Below, piece by piece: positions 1-11,468 of a DNA stretch of 64,000 bases; position 1 is the stretch's first letter, and each line of letters opens with the position of its first letter. Both the position numbers and the translations under genes were made by a program. Below the pieces are notes generated by a model that saw only the letters and a list, made by a program, of their open reading frames with translations, was not told the origin of the DNA and did not search any database. The DNA lies in contig CAWFGE010000021.1 in NCBI GenBank assembly GCA_963815195.1, forward strand, positions 192,001 to 256,000, read 5' to 3'. Source of the DNA: an uncultured Planctomycetaceae bacterium. Lineage in GTDB: Bacteria > Planctomycetota > Planctomycetia > Planctomycetales > Planctomycetaceae.

Positions 1-1338
1 GTGCAATCTCTCAAAGGGGAACCGCAAACGGGGCGGCCGCGGATTACGATTTTTCTCACCGATGGAACCCCCACCGAGGGCGAACTGTTGCCGGAAAGAA
101 TTCTGAAAGCCGCAACGGAAGCCAACACCTCGCAGTCGCGGATTTTCGTGATGGGCGTGGGGCATGATGTGAATGTGCATCTCTTGGAGAAACTGGCCGA
201 AGCCACCGAAGGCGACAGCGAGTTCGTGGATCTCGAAGAAGAAATCGACGGAAAAATCGCGAGCTTGTACGACCGGCTGGCATATCCGGTGCTACAAAAC
301 GCCAAGCTCGATTTCGGCAAGCTCTCCGCGGATTCGCTCTTTCCGCGAAAAGTCCCGGCCCTGTTTCGCAATAACCCCGTGATGCTGTTTGGCCGTTACC
401 GCGAGGGAGGCAAGTATCGCGTTAAAATCCAAGGCACGCTGGCGGGAACGCCCCGCGAGTTTGTCTGCCAGGTCGATGCAGACACGGCTCCCCAAGGGCT
501 CGCCAACGAGTTCATCGCCCCGCTTTGGGCCACGCGGAAGGTCGGGTTTCTGCTTCAGGAAATCCGCCTGCACGGGAGCGATCCGGAATTGCTCAAAGAA
601 ATTGTGCGGCTCAGCCAGAAATATGGAATCATCACGGAATACACCGAGTTCGTGGCCCAATCCGGTTTTGGTGGAGGAGCGGTTGGCGGCGCTTTCGCCG
701 CGATGGATGCTTTCCGCGAAGCCGACCGCCGCTTGGCAACGGCCCGCGATTTTAATTCCGGGCGATGGGCCTTCAATCAGGCGAAAAACGACAAAGCCTT
801 GCAATCCCGCCTGGCCGTGAATGAAGAAACCAATTCCTTTATCGATCGCGCGGGCCGCACGGTGGCCTCTGAATCCATTCGCCAGGTGGGCGGCAAAGCC
901 TATTACATGCGGCAAGGCCAGTGGGTCGATTCCACCGACAACGCCAACCTGAAAGAACACGTCGTCAAACTCTACAGCGACGAGTACTTCAAACTTCTGC
1001 GGACGAACAATGACTTTGCCCGCGCCCAACGGTTGGGCTGGGCCGTCTCCGTCAACGTGGGAGACGAGCGGATCGTCGTCGAAAAAGACGGCAAACGCGT
1101 CGATGAGGAACTGCTCAAGAAAAGCCAGCAGTTGCCGCAGATGCCTGCCCAGAATGGTCCGCAAAACGGTTTTCGCGGTTTGCAGAACTTCCAAAAAAAC
1201 CAATTTCAAGATGTGAATCAGCAACAATTCAACCAGTTGCCGGTGCAACACGAATTCAATCGCCGACAGCAGATTCCGGGTCGGCGAATCGACGGCAATG
1301 ACAAAGCCCCCGCACCCGAGCAACGGGAGGAGCGATGA
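1..1338 (+). CDS. vWA (VIT/vWA-type) domain protein, 5' end outside window, Q/N-rich C-terminal tail
   Basis: IFLTDGTPT and GVGHDVNVHLLEKLA vWA motifs; LWATRKVGFLL...YGIITEYT segment typical of bacterial VIT-vWA proteins. Confidence 0.8.
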   Translation: MQSLKGEPQTGRPRITIFLTDGTPTEGELLPERILKAATEANTSQSRIFVMGVGHDVNVHLLEKLAEATEGDSEFVDLEEEIDGKIASLYDRLAYPVLQNAKLDFGKLSADSLFPRKVPALFRNNPVMLFGRYREGGKYRVKIQGTLAGTPREFVCQVDADTAPQGLANEFIAPLWATRKVGFLLQEIRLHGSDPELLKEIVRLSQKYGIITEYTEFVAQSGFGGGAVGGAFAAMDAFREADRRLATARDFNSGRWAFNQAKNDKALQSRLAVNEETNSFIDRAGRTVASESIRQVGGKAYYMRQGQWVDSTDNANLKEHVVKLYSDEYFKLLRTNNDFARAQRLGWAVSVNVGDERIVVEKDGKRVDEELLKKSQQLPQMPAQNGPQNGFRGLQNFQKNQFQDVNQQQFNQLPVQHEFNRRQQIPGRRIDGNDKAPAPEQREER

Positions 1339-3599
1339 TGAGCGTGCGTGGATTTTTATCGGGCATCCTCCTGGTCGCCCTGGCGAGTACGGCGAACGCT
1401 CAAACGTTGCATCAACCTTTCCGGCCGCCGATCACCGCCCGCAAAATTCGAATCGCCATTGACGATGCCGTGTTGCATCTGCGAAGCCAGCAGCAAGAGA
1501 ACGGGGCGATCATCGATTACGACAACCCGGGCGGCGGCACATCGCTGGCCGCGCTGGCGATGTTGGCCGCGGGCGTGGATCCGGTGTCGGACAAACAACT
1601 GCAAAAGGCGCTCGATTACCTGGGCCAACTCGAACCGAACAACACCTATATTCGCGGAATACGGGCGAATGTCTGGGAGTACGCCCTGCGAAAAGCCCCG
1701 CACGAGAAAAAGTATCGCGATCTGCTCAAGAAGGATTTCGATTGGCTGATAGAGGCCATCGGAGACCGGGAGGGCTGGCGGTACAATATGCAGTCGCGGG
1801 ATTGGGATAACTCCTGCACGCAATACGGTGTCCTCGGCGTGTGGGCCGCGACGCGCGGGGGAATCGATCCCGGGGACAAATTTTGGAAAACGATGTCCAC
1901 GCACTTTCGCAAATGCCAAAATGCCGACGGCGGTTGGGGATACACTCACAGTGGGGCGTCGACGCCCAACATGGCGACCGCGGGGCTGGCGAGCATGTTT
2001 CTCGTGTTCGACACGTTTCACGGCAAAAATTTTTACTCCGCCAAAAACCCGCGGACTTTTGAAGGCGGCGATGCCGCCGCGGTGCTCAAATCCATTGAGC
2101 GCGGCATGAAGTGGCTCGGGCCGTCCCAAGGCGACAAATCGGACGGCTATTACCTTTATGGAATCGAGCGCACCGGCGTGGCCAGCGGCCGAAAATACAT
2201 CGGCGGCGAAGACTGGTTTGCCAAGGGCGCGACGACGGTGCTGGCCGCTCAACGAAACGATGGTTCCATCCCGCTGTGCCGATGGGGAGCCCAGTATGGA
2301 ACGCCGCTCTGCACGTTGTTCCTCGTCTACGGCGGCGCGCCGGTGGCGTTCAACAAACTCCAATACGGGACTGGACATGACTGGAACCTGAACCCCCGCG
2401 ACCTGGCGAATCTCTCCAAAGAGTTGTGGTCGGCCTACGAACGGCCCATTAACTGGCAAACCGTTTCGATTGATGCCCCCCATGCGGAACTCGAAGCCCC
2501 GGTTCTGTTCATCAGCGGAACCAAAGCCGCCGAGTTCGATGAGAGTCAGATGGTCAAACTTCGGGAATATATTCAGCGGGGAGGGACCATTCTCGCGGAA
2601 CCGAGCGATCACAGCCCGGCCTTTGCAAATTCGATGAAGAAACTCTTGAGGGATATGTTCGACGAGCGGGAGTATCCCGCCATCCAACTCCAGCCGATTC
2701 CAGCCGAGCACCCAATCTATACCGTCATCAAACAGGATTGGAAAAACCGTCCCAAACTGCAAGGGGCTTCCGACGGTTCGCGTGTGTTCTTTGTTCTCTC
2801 CGAAGAATATCTCTCGGCCGACTGGCAAATGAACCACACGGACAGCGATGCCTTCAAACTGGCGATGAACCTTCTGTTTTATGTGACGGACCTGGGCGCG
2901 CTGCCCGGCAAATTCACGTCCATCTTGCCGGACACCGAACCGGCGCCCGCCACGAAGAAGACCGTCACGCTTGCTCGCGGGCGGTTTCATAGCGAATCCC
3001 CCTCGACCCGCGATTGGGATGCCGCCGAAATGACATGGTTGACGATGGCGGAGTACGTGCGGCATGTCACAGGTTATGAACTGAAAGAGAGTTCCCCCGT
3101 TCACCTGAACGCCGAAGCCCTCAAAACAATCCAATTGTTGCATCTGAGCGGACGGCACAAGTTCCACCTCCGTGAGGAAGAACGCCTGGCTCTCAAGGGG
3201 TATGTGGAAAACGGGGGAACGATTTTGGTCGATGCGTTCGCGGGATCGAATGAATTCGCCGAATCGGCCAGGAACGAATTGGAAGCGGTGTTTGGCGAAC
3301 TCCAACCCTTGGACAAAGAGGATCCACTTTCCGCGGGTCAGTTTGCCGGTGGGGCCGATCTCTCTCAAGACGTCCGTTACAAGTTGCCTGCGCGATTGGT
3401 GCTTCGCAAACGCCAACAAGCAACGCGCGGGCAGCACCTTTTGGTCGCCGAGCACCAGAACCGGCCCGCGGTGATTTTTTCGGAGTTCGATCTTTCCGCC
3501 GCCATCGCGGGACAGACACCCTACCGGGCCCTTGGCTACAAACCGGACTCGGCCCGAAAAATCGTCGCCAACCTCGTTGCCTACATCATGGCCGACTAA
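1335..3599 (+). CDS. Secreted prenyltransferase/squalene-oxidase-repeat protein with two DUF4159 domains
   Basis: Signal peptide; QNADGGWGY repeats; two LREYIQRGG / LKGYVENGG DUF4159-like units; overlaps upstream stop (ATGA). Confidence 0.75.
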   Translation: MMSVRGFLSGILLVALASTANAQTLHQPFRPPITARKIRIAIDDAVLHLRSQQQENGAIIDYDNPGGGTSLAALAMLAAGVDPVSDKQLQKALDYLGQLEPNNTYIRGIRANVWEYALRKAPHEKKYRDLLKKDFDWLIEAIGDREGWRYNMQSRDWDNSCTQYGVLGVWAATRGGIDPGDKFWKTMSTHFRKCQNADGGWGYTHSGASTPNMATAGLASMFLVFDTFHGKNFYSAKNPRTFEGGDAAAVLKSIERGMKWLGPSQGDKSDGYYLYGIERTGVASGRKYIGGEDWFAKGATTVLAAQRNDGSIPLCRWGAQYGTPLCTLFLVYGGAPVAFNKLQYGTGHDWNLNPRDLANLSKELWSAYERPINWQTVSIDAPHAELEAPVLFISGTKAAEFDESQMVKLREYIQRGGTILAEPSDHSPAFANSMKKLLRDMFDEREYPAIQLQPIPAEHPIYTVIKQDWKNRPKLQGASDGSRVFFVLSEEYLSADWQMNHTDSDAFKLAMNLLFYVTDLGALPGKFTSILPDTEPAPATKKTVTLARGRFHSESPSTRDWDAAEMTWLTMAEYVRHVTGYELKESSPVHLNAEALKTIQLLHLSGRHKFHLREEERLALKGYVENGGTILVDAFAGSNEFAESARNELEAVFGELQPLDKEDPLSAGQFAGGADLSQDVRYKLPARLVLRKRQQATRGQHLLVAEHQNRPAVIFSEFDLSAAIAGQTPYRALGYKPDSARKIVANLVAYIMAD

Positions 3600-3725
3600 A
3601 AATGGAAATTCCCATCCGCTCAGTCCGGGTGAACTCCGATCACCCGGATGCCATGCAGTCCGCAATTTCCAAAAACCTGACCGCCAAGGTTCTGGTCGAA
3701 GCAGAGAAACAGTGCAGGGAAAACG

Positions 3726-5146
3726 ATGCCGGGTCCGAATATTTTGTGGATTTGCACCGATCAGCAGCGGTTTGACACGATCGCGGCCCTGGGCAATTCT
3801 TTGATCCGCACGCCGAATGTCGATCGGCTCGTGGCCGAGGGCGTGGCGTTCACCCAGGCCTACGCCCAAAGTCCCGTCTGCACGCCGAGCCGGGCGGCGA
3901 TGCTCACCGGCCGCTATCCCCGCACAACCCGCTGCCGGCAAAACGGGCAGCAGATTCCCTCCGACGAACGCCTGCTTCCGCGGATCCTGGCCGATCACGG
4001 TTACTTTTGCGGACTCGCGGGCAAACTGCACTTGAGTTCCTGCGCAGGCGGCCGCGTGGAGCAGCGGATCGACGATGGCTACCAGGTCTTCCATTGGAGC
4101 CATCACCCCCAGCCCGATTGGCCGGAAAACGCTTACACCCAATGGCTCGCCGAGAAAGGCAAGACCTGGAAAGCGCTTTACACCGGCGAGTCCACGCGGT
4201 TTACCAAGCGAGGCGTTCCCGCGGAGTACCACCAAACCACGTGGTGCGCCGAGAAAGCCTGCGAGTTCATCGAGGACCGGGCGGACGCGGAATCGCCTTG
4301 GTTGTTCAGCGTGAATTTTTACGCGCCGCATCATCCGTTCGATCCGCCGGGCGAGTATCTCGACCGCTATAATCCCGCCGACATGCCGCTGCCCAAATTC
4401 CGCGAAGGCGAACTCGCGAACAAACCCAGGTTTCAACAACTCGACCACGTCTGGCGCACAACACGCCGGGCTATTATCCCACCGGCGAGATGTCGCCCGA
4501 CGAAGCCCGGCAAGTCGTCGCGGCTTATTATGCGATGATCGAGCACATCGATCACGAAGTCGGCCGGATGCTGAAAGCCTTAGACGACACCGGGCAGCGG
4601 GAGAACACGATCGTGATTTTTATGTCCGACCACGGCGAGATGCTGGGCGATCACGGATTGCTTTTGAAGGGGCCGCACTTTTACGATGAGGCCGTCCGCG
4701 TGCCCTTGGTCGTGCGCTGGCCGGGAAAGTTTCGAGAAGGCCTCTTGGCGGAGGGTTTGATCGAACTCGTGGATCTGGCCCCGACGCTGCTCGAGTGCGC
4801 GGAGCTTCCGGCTGAACCCCAGATACAGGGACGGTCATTCCGTTCGATCTTAACCGGCGAAGCCGACCCGTCTCGGTTTCGGGATTATGTGTATAGCGAA
4901 TATCTCAACGCGTGGACGCATCCGGGTGCCTACGCCACGATGCTCCGCACGGCCGAGGAAAAGATCGTTGTGTATCACGGCAGCGAGCCCGGGGAACTTT
5001 ACGACCTGGCGGCCGATCCGGACGAGTTTGACAACCTCTGGGACCGTCCCGATCAGGCGGCGAGAAAAGTTCGGCTCCTGAAAGCCGCCTGCGATCGGAT
5101 CGCATTCACGGCCGACCCCTGCCCCCCGCGATTGGGGCCGTTTTAA
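3726..5146 (+). CDS. Sulfatase (formylglycine type), split by a frameshift near 4455
   Basis: PNILWICTDQQR, CTPSR, GKLH, PHHP, SDHGEMLGDH, ELYDLAADPDE; two ORFs join if one G is added in TGGCG. Confidence 0.85.
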
Positions 5147-5277
5147 CGCGATTTGTGCAACGCCCGGCGTAAAAATTACAATCGGTCCGAGAAATTCGCA
5201 CTCCGGCCGGATGATGAATTCCCAAAAACGGCCTGGAATTCCGGCGTTTTTTCTTCGGATTCCCAATGACCCGGCGT

Positions 5278-5294
5278 TTGGCCCGCATCTTGCT
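5278..5294 (+). promoter_or_regulatory. Candidate sigma54 (-24/-12) promoter
   Basis: TTGGCCCGCATCTTGCT = GG-N10-GC with TTGCT, ~70 bp upstream of the 5364 ORF. Confidence 0.55.
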
Positions 5295-5363
5295 TTGGAA
5301 GACAGTTCGGAAGACTTCTTTTGATGACGGACAAACACCGCGAAGGGATCTGGAGGCGGAATC

Positions 5364-6074
5364 ATGGCGAAATTGCGATATTTGTTGTGGCTGGCGGCGG
5401 CGGTTTTGGGAATCGCTGCCCCGCGTTTGCTGGCGGGAACCGTGGACCTGGCGACACAGTGCGAGTTCTCGGGCCAAGTGGCCGATATGTCCCAGACCAC
5501 GCAAAAGCTCGGCGTGGCGATCCGCGTGGACATGCGCGGCGTGAGCTACTCCGGCAAGCTCACGCGGACGCTGCTCGAACAATCCCAACCGGGCAAAGTC
5601 ACGTTATGGTTCGGACTGCGGAACGTGCGGCTCAACGTGAAACGCATCGACATCGCCGGCGGTCCCGGCGGGGCCGCGTGCGGTCCGATGGACGTGGTCC
5701 TCGGCCATCAAAAAGAACTCTGGCTGGCGTTCGACATCGAAGCCGACAGCAAGGCGGGCTCCTCGCAGATGGTCGTCCGCAAGGTGCGGTTTCAGTTGCC
5801 TGCCGACAACTGGGCCATCGGCCGGCCGGCTTGGGTGCGAACGCAGGGGCTCGGATTCACGCAGCAAAACGTCGTGGAAGGCCTCCGCGAAGGCATCGCC
5901 CAGGACCGGTTGAGACTCGAGCAAAAGCTGCTCAAGGATGCCCCGCAAATCCTCACGCAGGTGGTCAAGCAAACCACGCCTCAAAACGCGGAAAGCCCGA
6001 TGGTGCGGGCCATCCGCAGCCGGCTGACGGGCAGCCGCCAAGACAGCCAGGCCATTTCGTCATCCTCGCCGTGA
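5364..6074 (+). CDS. Hypothetical secreted protein
   Basis: GGAGG RBS, N-terminal signal peptide, host-like codon usage. Confidence 0.65.
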   Translation: MAKLRYLLWLAAAVLGIAAPRLLAGTVDLATQCEFSGQVADMSQTTQKLGVAIRVDMRGVSYSGKLTRTLLEQSQPGKVTLWFGLRNVRLNVKRIDIAGGPGGAACGPMDVVLGHQKELWLAFDIEADSKAGSSQMVVRKVRFQLPADNWAIGRPAWVRTQGLGFTQQNVVEGLREGIAQDRLRLEQKLLKDAPQILTQVVKQTTPQNAESPMVRAIRSRLTGSRQDSQAISSSSP

Positions 6075-6349
6075 CCCGAGAACCTAGATGTTTATTTCGT
6101 AAGTTTCTCGGCAGCTTTATGAGCCCGAAGCGCAAGCGAGGGTCGCCGCACGGCGCTAGCCCCGGTTTTCGTGGGCGAAGTGGAAGTTACCTGTCGGGCG
6201 ACTCGGATTTTGGGATGATCTGCACCGGCCCGAAGCGCCGTTTTGAAGTTGCGCTTTTGCGGAGTCGCGAAGCGACGGAAGCAGATAGCTTGGGCGTAAA
6301 CCGGCGTAAGCCCAAGACCTCAGGCTCAAAGAAACGATGATCGTGACGA

Positions 6350-7783
6350 TCAACGAAGGTCCCGTGCCCACTCCTTCGTGTGCACGTCGCTGCGGATGCG
6401 CCATTCCCTGAGCACGTCCAACAGTTCGCGTTTTTTCTCCTGATGGGCCGGGTCGTTCCAGAGGTTTTTGACCTCGTCGGGGTCGGTTTTCAAGTCGAAG
6501 AGTTGCCCGGTGGGTTCATCCAGGAAATGGACCAGCTTCCAATTCCGGCTTCTGACCATCGTCATAAAATCGGTGTCGGTGAGGATGTTGTCCCGGCCAT
6601 GCTCGGCGAAGACGTAATCCCGGCCCTGCCAGTCTTCGCCTTTAAGAGCCGGGAGCAGCGATCGGGCTTCCATCGTCGGCGAAGGTTCGAGGCCCGCCAG
6701 TTCCAAGAGGGCCGGGCCTAAATCCATCTGCTGGCAGAGGCCGTCCAATTTCCGGCCGCCTTCAAAACGTCCCGGTGCCCAGACGATCGTGGGCATCCGC
6801 GTGATGAGATCGTACATCGTCCATTTCTGGCTGTGGCCGTGGTCGGTCAGGCAATCGCCATGATCGGACGTAAACACGATCACCGCGTTCTCCAGATAGC
6901 CTTTCTCGTCGAGAGCCTCCAGAATCTCGCCGATCTTCTTGTCGATCATCGTCACGTTCGCCAGGTAATACGCCCGCTGCCGATGCCGTTGCGCTTCGGT
7001 CGGATTCAACATGTGCACGACGGAATCGTGATCGACCTGGGTGTTATGGATGCGGAGTTCCTTGAACGGGGCCGGCTGGTTGTCGAGTTCCTCCTCGGTC
7101 ACCGGCAAGAGCGGCAGGTCCTTCTTCATGTAAGGCTCGGCGTATTCGGGCGTGGGATCATAAGGCGGATGCGGACCCGGAAAGCCGATCTCCAAAAACA
7201 ACGGCTGCTCGGATTTGGGTTTCGTGCGAATCCACCACGCCGCCATCTCGCCCACGAACATGTCCGGGTGCATGTCCTCCGGCAGTTCCCACTCGAACGC
7301 CCCCAGGCACTCGTTGTAATCGGTCCGCTGGCGGTAAAGCTCGCGCTGCTGCTTGACCAGCCCCCGCGCCCGCAGGGCTTTGTCCCATTCATCGAAGTAC
7401 CACCGCTCTTCGAGGTAGCGGTCTTTGTTCTCGACGACGTACCGTTCGTCAAAGCCGAGCTGCGTGTGATAAGGGTAGCTGTGCATCTTGCCGATGTTGA
7501 CGGTGCGGTAGCCGCTCTCGGCGAGCTTTTCAATCCACGAATGCCGCCAGAGGTCCGCGTTTTTTAAGATGCCGGTGGTGTGCGGATAATAGCCCGTGAA
7601 CAGACTCGCCCGCGACGGCGCACACGAAGCCGCGGTCACATGGCAGTTGGTGAAAGTCACGCCCTCGCTCACCAGCCGGTCGAGGTTGGGCGTGTCCATG
7701 TAGTCGAAACCCAGGGCGCGGATCGTATCGAACCGCTGCTGGTCGGTGATGATAAAAACGAGATGCGGACGCTCGTCGGGCAT
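6350..7783 (-). CDS. Sulfatase (formylglycine type)
   Basis: RPHLVFIITDQQR, CAPSR, GKMH, PHPPY, SDHGD; start taken at MPDERPH. Confidence 0.9.
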   Translation of the reverse strand: MPDERPHLVFIITDQQRFDTIRALGFDYMDTPNLDRLVSEGVTFTNCHVTAASCAPSRASLFTGYYPHTTGILKNADLWRHSWIEKLAESGYRTVNIGKMHSYPYHTQLGFDERYVVENKDRYLEERWYFDEWDKALRARGLVKQQRELYRQRTDYNECLGAFEWELPEDMHPDMFVGEMAAWWIRTKPKSEQPLFLEIGFPGPHPPYDPTPEYAEPYMKKDLPLLPVTEEELDNQPAPFKELRIHNTQVDHDSVVHMLNPTEAQRHRQRAYYLANVTMIDKKIGEILEALDEKGYLENAVIVFTSDHGDCLTDHGHSQKWTMYDLITRMPTIVWAPGRFEGGRKLDGLCQQMDLGPALLELAGLEPSPTMEARSLLPALKGEDWQGRDYVFAEHGRDNILTDTDFMTMVRSRNWKLVHFLDEPTGQLFDLKTDPDEVKNLWNDPAHQEKKRELLDVLREWRIRSDVHTKEWARDLR

Positions 7784-8015
7784 GGTTTCGATGCTTTCTT
7801 TTGTGTACGGTGGAGTGCCGATAGTTGAGAGCCGCCGGCGGCAAATGTCAAGCGTGTTGGTCCGCTGTGCGGTTGACCAACGAAGCAGGATGTGTTTGGA
7901 CGGAAGAGGTTCGACGACCGCACCGAGATGGCCGTCTGTAGAGAAAAAAGTCTCCGCCATTCTCCGGGGTTCGTTGAATTTCATTTTAATTCTTTATCAG
8001 TGAGGACCCCCTTTC

Positions 8016-9139
8016 GTGCCGTACGCTCAGTTTGATCGTTACGCGGTTCGCATGCAGCCGCTCTCGGCCCGTACGAATAAAAAGCGGATCGACCAGGACC
8101 ACATCTCGCCGGACAGCCCCGCGCCGAGTTGCCGGCGGCGTCCCGGGAGCTTTTGGAAGACGCCGCCGACCGGATTCGCCGGGCCCGCGGCCAGGATCGG
8201 CCGGTGGTCGTGGCGTTTGGGGCGCACGCCATCAAGAACGGTTTGGGGCCGGTGTTTCTGCGTCTGGTGGAACGGGGCTGGTTCACGCATCTCGCCACGA
8301 ATGGGGCGGGGATCATCCACGACTGGGAGTTCAGTTTCCAGGGGCAAAGCTCGGAAGATGTCCAGGCGATGGTCCACGAAGGCCGCTTCGGGAACTGGGA
8401 AGAGACGGGCCTTTATATCAATCTGGCTCTCAACATCGGAGCCTTCGAAGGCAAAGGCTACGGCGAATCGATCGGGGCCATGATCGAGACCGAAGGCCTC
8501 ACGATTCCAGAGCCCGATGATCTGGCGGCCGCGATTGAGGAATGGCCGATGTCGCCGGAACGGGCCGCCGCCGCCGCGGATTTGACGCAGATCTTAAAGC
8601 GATGGTCCTGCGAGATGGGCCGGCTGAAGCTTGAACCGGGCCGATTGGCGATTCCGCATCCGTGGAAAGGATACAGCATCCAAGCCGGGGCGTATCGCTT
8701 GGGCGTGCCGTTCACGGGGCATCCGATGATCGGGCACGACATCATCTACAATCATCCCATGAACCATGGCGCGGCCTTGGGCCGCGCGGCCCAGCGGGAT
8801 TTTCTCGCCTATGCCGAAGCCATCAGCCGCATCGACGGCGGGGTGTATCTCTCCATCGGGTCGGCGGTGATGAGTCCGATGGTGTTCGAGAAGTCGCTAT
8901 CCATCTCGCAAAACATCGCGATCCAGCGCGGCGAGCACATCGACGACCATTACATCCTGGTCTGCGATCTCGCGAAATCGACCTGGGATTGGCGAAAGGG
9001 CGAACCGCCGGAGGACAACCCGGCGTATTACTTAAGGTACAATAAGTCCTTCAGCCGGATGGGCGGGACGATGCGGTATCTCGAAATCGACAACCGGGAT
9101 TTGCTGTTGTCCCTGGTGCATTTGCTGGGGGCCTCGTGA
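8016..9139 (+). CDS. Conserved protein, deoxyhypusine-synthase-like fold; frameshift near 8125
   Basis: GAHAIKNGL, HLATNGAGIIHDWE, SIGSAVMSPMVFEK; N-terminus in a different frame from 8016. Confidence 0.6.
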
Positions 9140-10193
9140 TGAACACCGCCTCGCTCAGCCCGGGCCGTCTCGCGGAAATTGTCGCCAGGTTCTCCGAAAG
9201 CCGGATCGCCGTGGTCGGGGATTTCTTTCTGGATAAGTACCTGGAAATCGATCCGGCCCTCAACGAGCCAAGCCTCGAAACCGGCAAGACGGCCTACCAG
9301 GTGACATCGATGCGCTGTAACCCGGGCGCTGCGGGCACGGTGGTTTGCAATCTCGCGGCCTTGGGGGCCGGGGAACTTCACGCAGTGGGTCTCACCGGCC
9401 ACGACGGCGAAGGCTTCGAACTCCGGCGGGCTTTGGAGCAATTGGGCTGCACAACGCGGCATCTGCACGCCTCTCCAGAGCGGTTCACGCCGACCTATTT
9501 AAAACCTCGCGACCGGACCCGGCCGGGTTTGGAAGGCGAGCATTCGCGGTACGACACCAAAAACCGTACGCCCACGCCACGGCCAATTCAAAACGCGGTG
9601 CGGGCTTCGCTCGAATCATTGTTCCCCTGTGCGGACGCCGTCGTGGTGATGGATCAAGTGGAGTTGGAGAACTGCGGCGTAGTGACGACGGGGATTCGAG
9701 ACGCGATCTCGCAGTTCGCCCGCGAGAATCCGCAGGTCGTGTTCTGGGCCGACAGCCGCCGGCATATTCGGCAGTTTCGGAACGTGATTACCAAGCCGAA
9801 CCAGTTCGAAGCGCTTAAAGTTGTGCCCGCTCATCCGGACGCCGCCGTGCCGTTGGAGGAGTTGATCGAGCAAGGCCAACAGCTTCGGCAACAGACCGCC
9901 GCGCCGGTGTTTGTCACGCGGGGCGTCGAGGGGATGCTCATCTGCGACGAGGATTGCACGCTGGTTCCGGGAATGCCGATCGAAGGCCCGATTGATCCCA
10001 CGGGAGCGGGCGACAGCGCGACCGCGGGCTGCGTGCTGGCTCTCTGCACGGGGCCACGCCGGCCGAAGCGGGCGTGATCGGCAACCTCGTGGCGTCCCTC
10101 ACAGTCCAACAGCTCGCCACCACCGGCACCGCCCGGCCGGATCAACTTCCGCTGCGACTCGAAGAATGGCGAAACAGCCAGAAAGCCCGCTGA
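9136..10193 (+). CDS. PfkB-family sugar kinase (RfaE/HldE kinase-like); frameshift near 10055
   Basis: IAVVGDFFLDKY, PGAAGTV, KPNQFE, DPTGAGD; C-terminus GNLVASLTVQQLATTG in the next frame. Confidence 0.8.
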
Positions 10194-10197
10194 CGGA

Positions 10198-10743
10198 TTA
10201 TTCGTCTTCCTGAAGCTGTATGCGCTCGGTTTCGTATCGTTTGCGGGCGGATTTGTAGTCCTGGGCTTTTTGATAATTGCGGATCGACATCACCGCGCCG
10301 CTGATCACGAACAGCACCCCAAACGCGGGAAAGGCAAACCGGGCAATCGCGAAGGGGCCAAAATTCGGCGCGCTGGACGTGATGCCCGTCGCCATGATTG
10401 TCCAAAAGATGCCGAATACGACGATGACGATTCCTCCAACGACCGAACTGGTTTCATCGGGCAATCGCGATCGGCCGTGTTTGTCGGTCGTCATATAGGA
10501 TTCCCGCTGCTGTTCCCACATCCGGTCGAGCGCGGCCAGCTTGTTCTGGCGGGTGAGTTCCTCGACTTGCTCAGAAAGCGCCTCGGTGGTTTCCGTGAGC
10601 TGCTCGACGGCTTCCGTGAACACAGCCGACTCGGTCCGGCGGACCGCCAACTGCTGGCCGCAGTGTGTGCACTTCACATAGTTTGTGCCTTCAGGAACAT
10701 TCAGCGGAGCACCGCACGAATTGCAGCAGAGCGTTTCCATCAT
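10198..10743 (-). CDS. Zinc-ribbon protein with coiled coil and two TM helices
   Basis: CNSCGAPL...CTHCG; two hydrophobic segments. Confidence 0.7.
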   Translation of the reverse strand: MMETLCCNSCGAPLNVPEGTNYVKCTHCGQQLAVRRTESAVFTEAVEQLTETTEALSEQVEELTRQNKLAALDRMWEQQRESYMTTDKHGRSRLPDETSSVVGGIVIVVFGIFWTIMATGITSSAPNFGPFAIARFAFPAFGVLFVISGAVMSIRNYQKAQDYKSARKRYETERIQLQEDE

Positions 10744-11076
10744 CGGTCTCAGCGATTGGAGGAATCGTAGATTGGGGACGGGACTTACGTTGCCAACGTG
10801 TATGATGGGCAATCGGATGAAGAACTCAACCAGAATTTTGCGAATCTCCGCAAGATGGCATTGATGCGGACGCCATCGCAGGCCGCATTGGAAAGCCACA
10901 ATGGAACGGATTTGCCGGGAAAATCCCGGTATCCTGTTCATTATGCCGATCCTACCATCCGCTGGCGGAAAGCCATCCCTAAAGACCCCAGGATTCTCAA
11001 GTCCCCCCGTTTGTCTTTCCGATTTGGTTTAGCAATGGGGCAATTCGTCTGGGCATTTTCCTGAGGGAGTTTTTGC

Positions 11077-11360
11077 ATGTCGCAATCGTCGCCGGAGTCG
11101 GTCTGCGGGCGCTCCAACACCTGCGCGAACGGCTGGAGAAGTTGAAGAACTCATGGACGGTATTACAAGGAAGGGAGGAGGACTCCGATTTCTCGTTTCA
11201 CAAAGAATGGCAAAGCAGGTGGTTGCGGATTGTTTCCGGCTTGCGGGATCTCGACGAGGCGCTGAATTGCCGGTGGGGTCGGAAAAACTGGAGGGGGCAT
11301 CCCGAGATTTTGCGATTTCCACCCGCGGAGGATGGCGTCCTCTCAATTGAGCCGTCTTAA
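11077..11360 (+). CDS. Small hypothetical protein, probably frameshifted just after the start
   Basis: GAGGGAG RBS before ATG 11077; open frame continues as the 11073-11360 ORF. Confidence 0.35.
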
Positions 11361-11468
11361 TCCTCCCGCTGAGGATGACAAAGCGAAAGGATGGCCGTCC
11401 CTGGCCGAAAACGGCTTCCCTTGCCGTTGAGGGGATCGCATCACAGCGGATTCGAGATGTGTAAATGC

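Noticed and set aside
1356..4448. 1030-aa minus-strand ORF, and similar long antisense ORFs (18757-20688, 24021-25592, 30312-31721)
   Set aside because: Shadow ORFs opposite well-supported genes in GC-rich DNA; no recognisable motifs.
10798..11064. ORF with NFANLRKMAL, faintly like an ISAs1 transposase C-terminus
   Set aside because: Similarity limited to about ten residues; no IRs or other transposase motifs.
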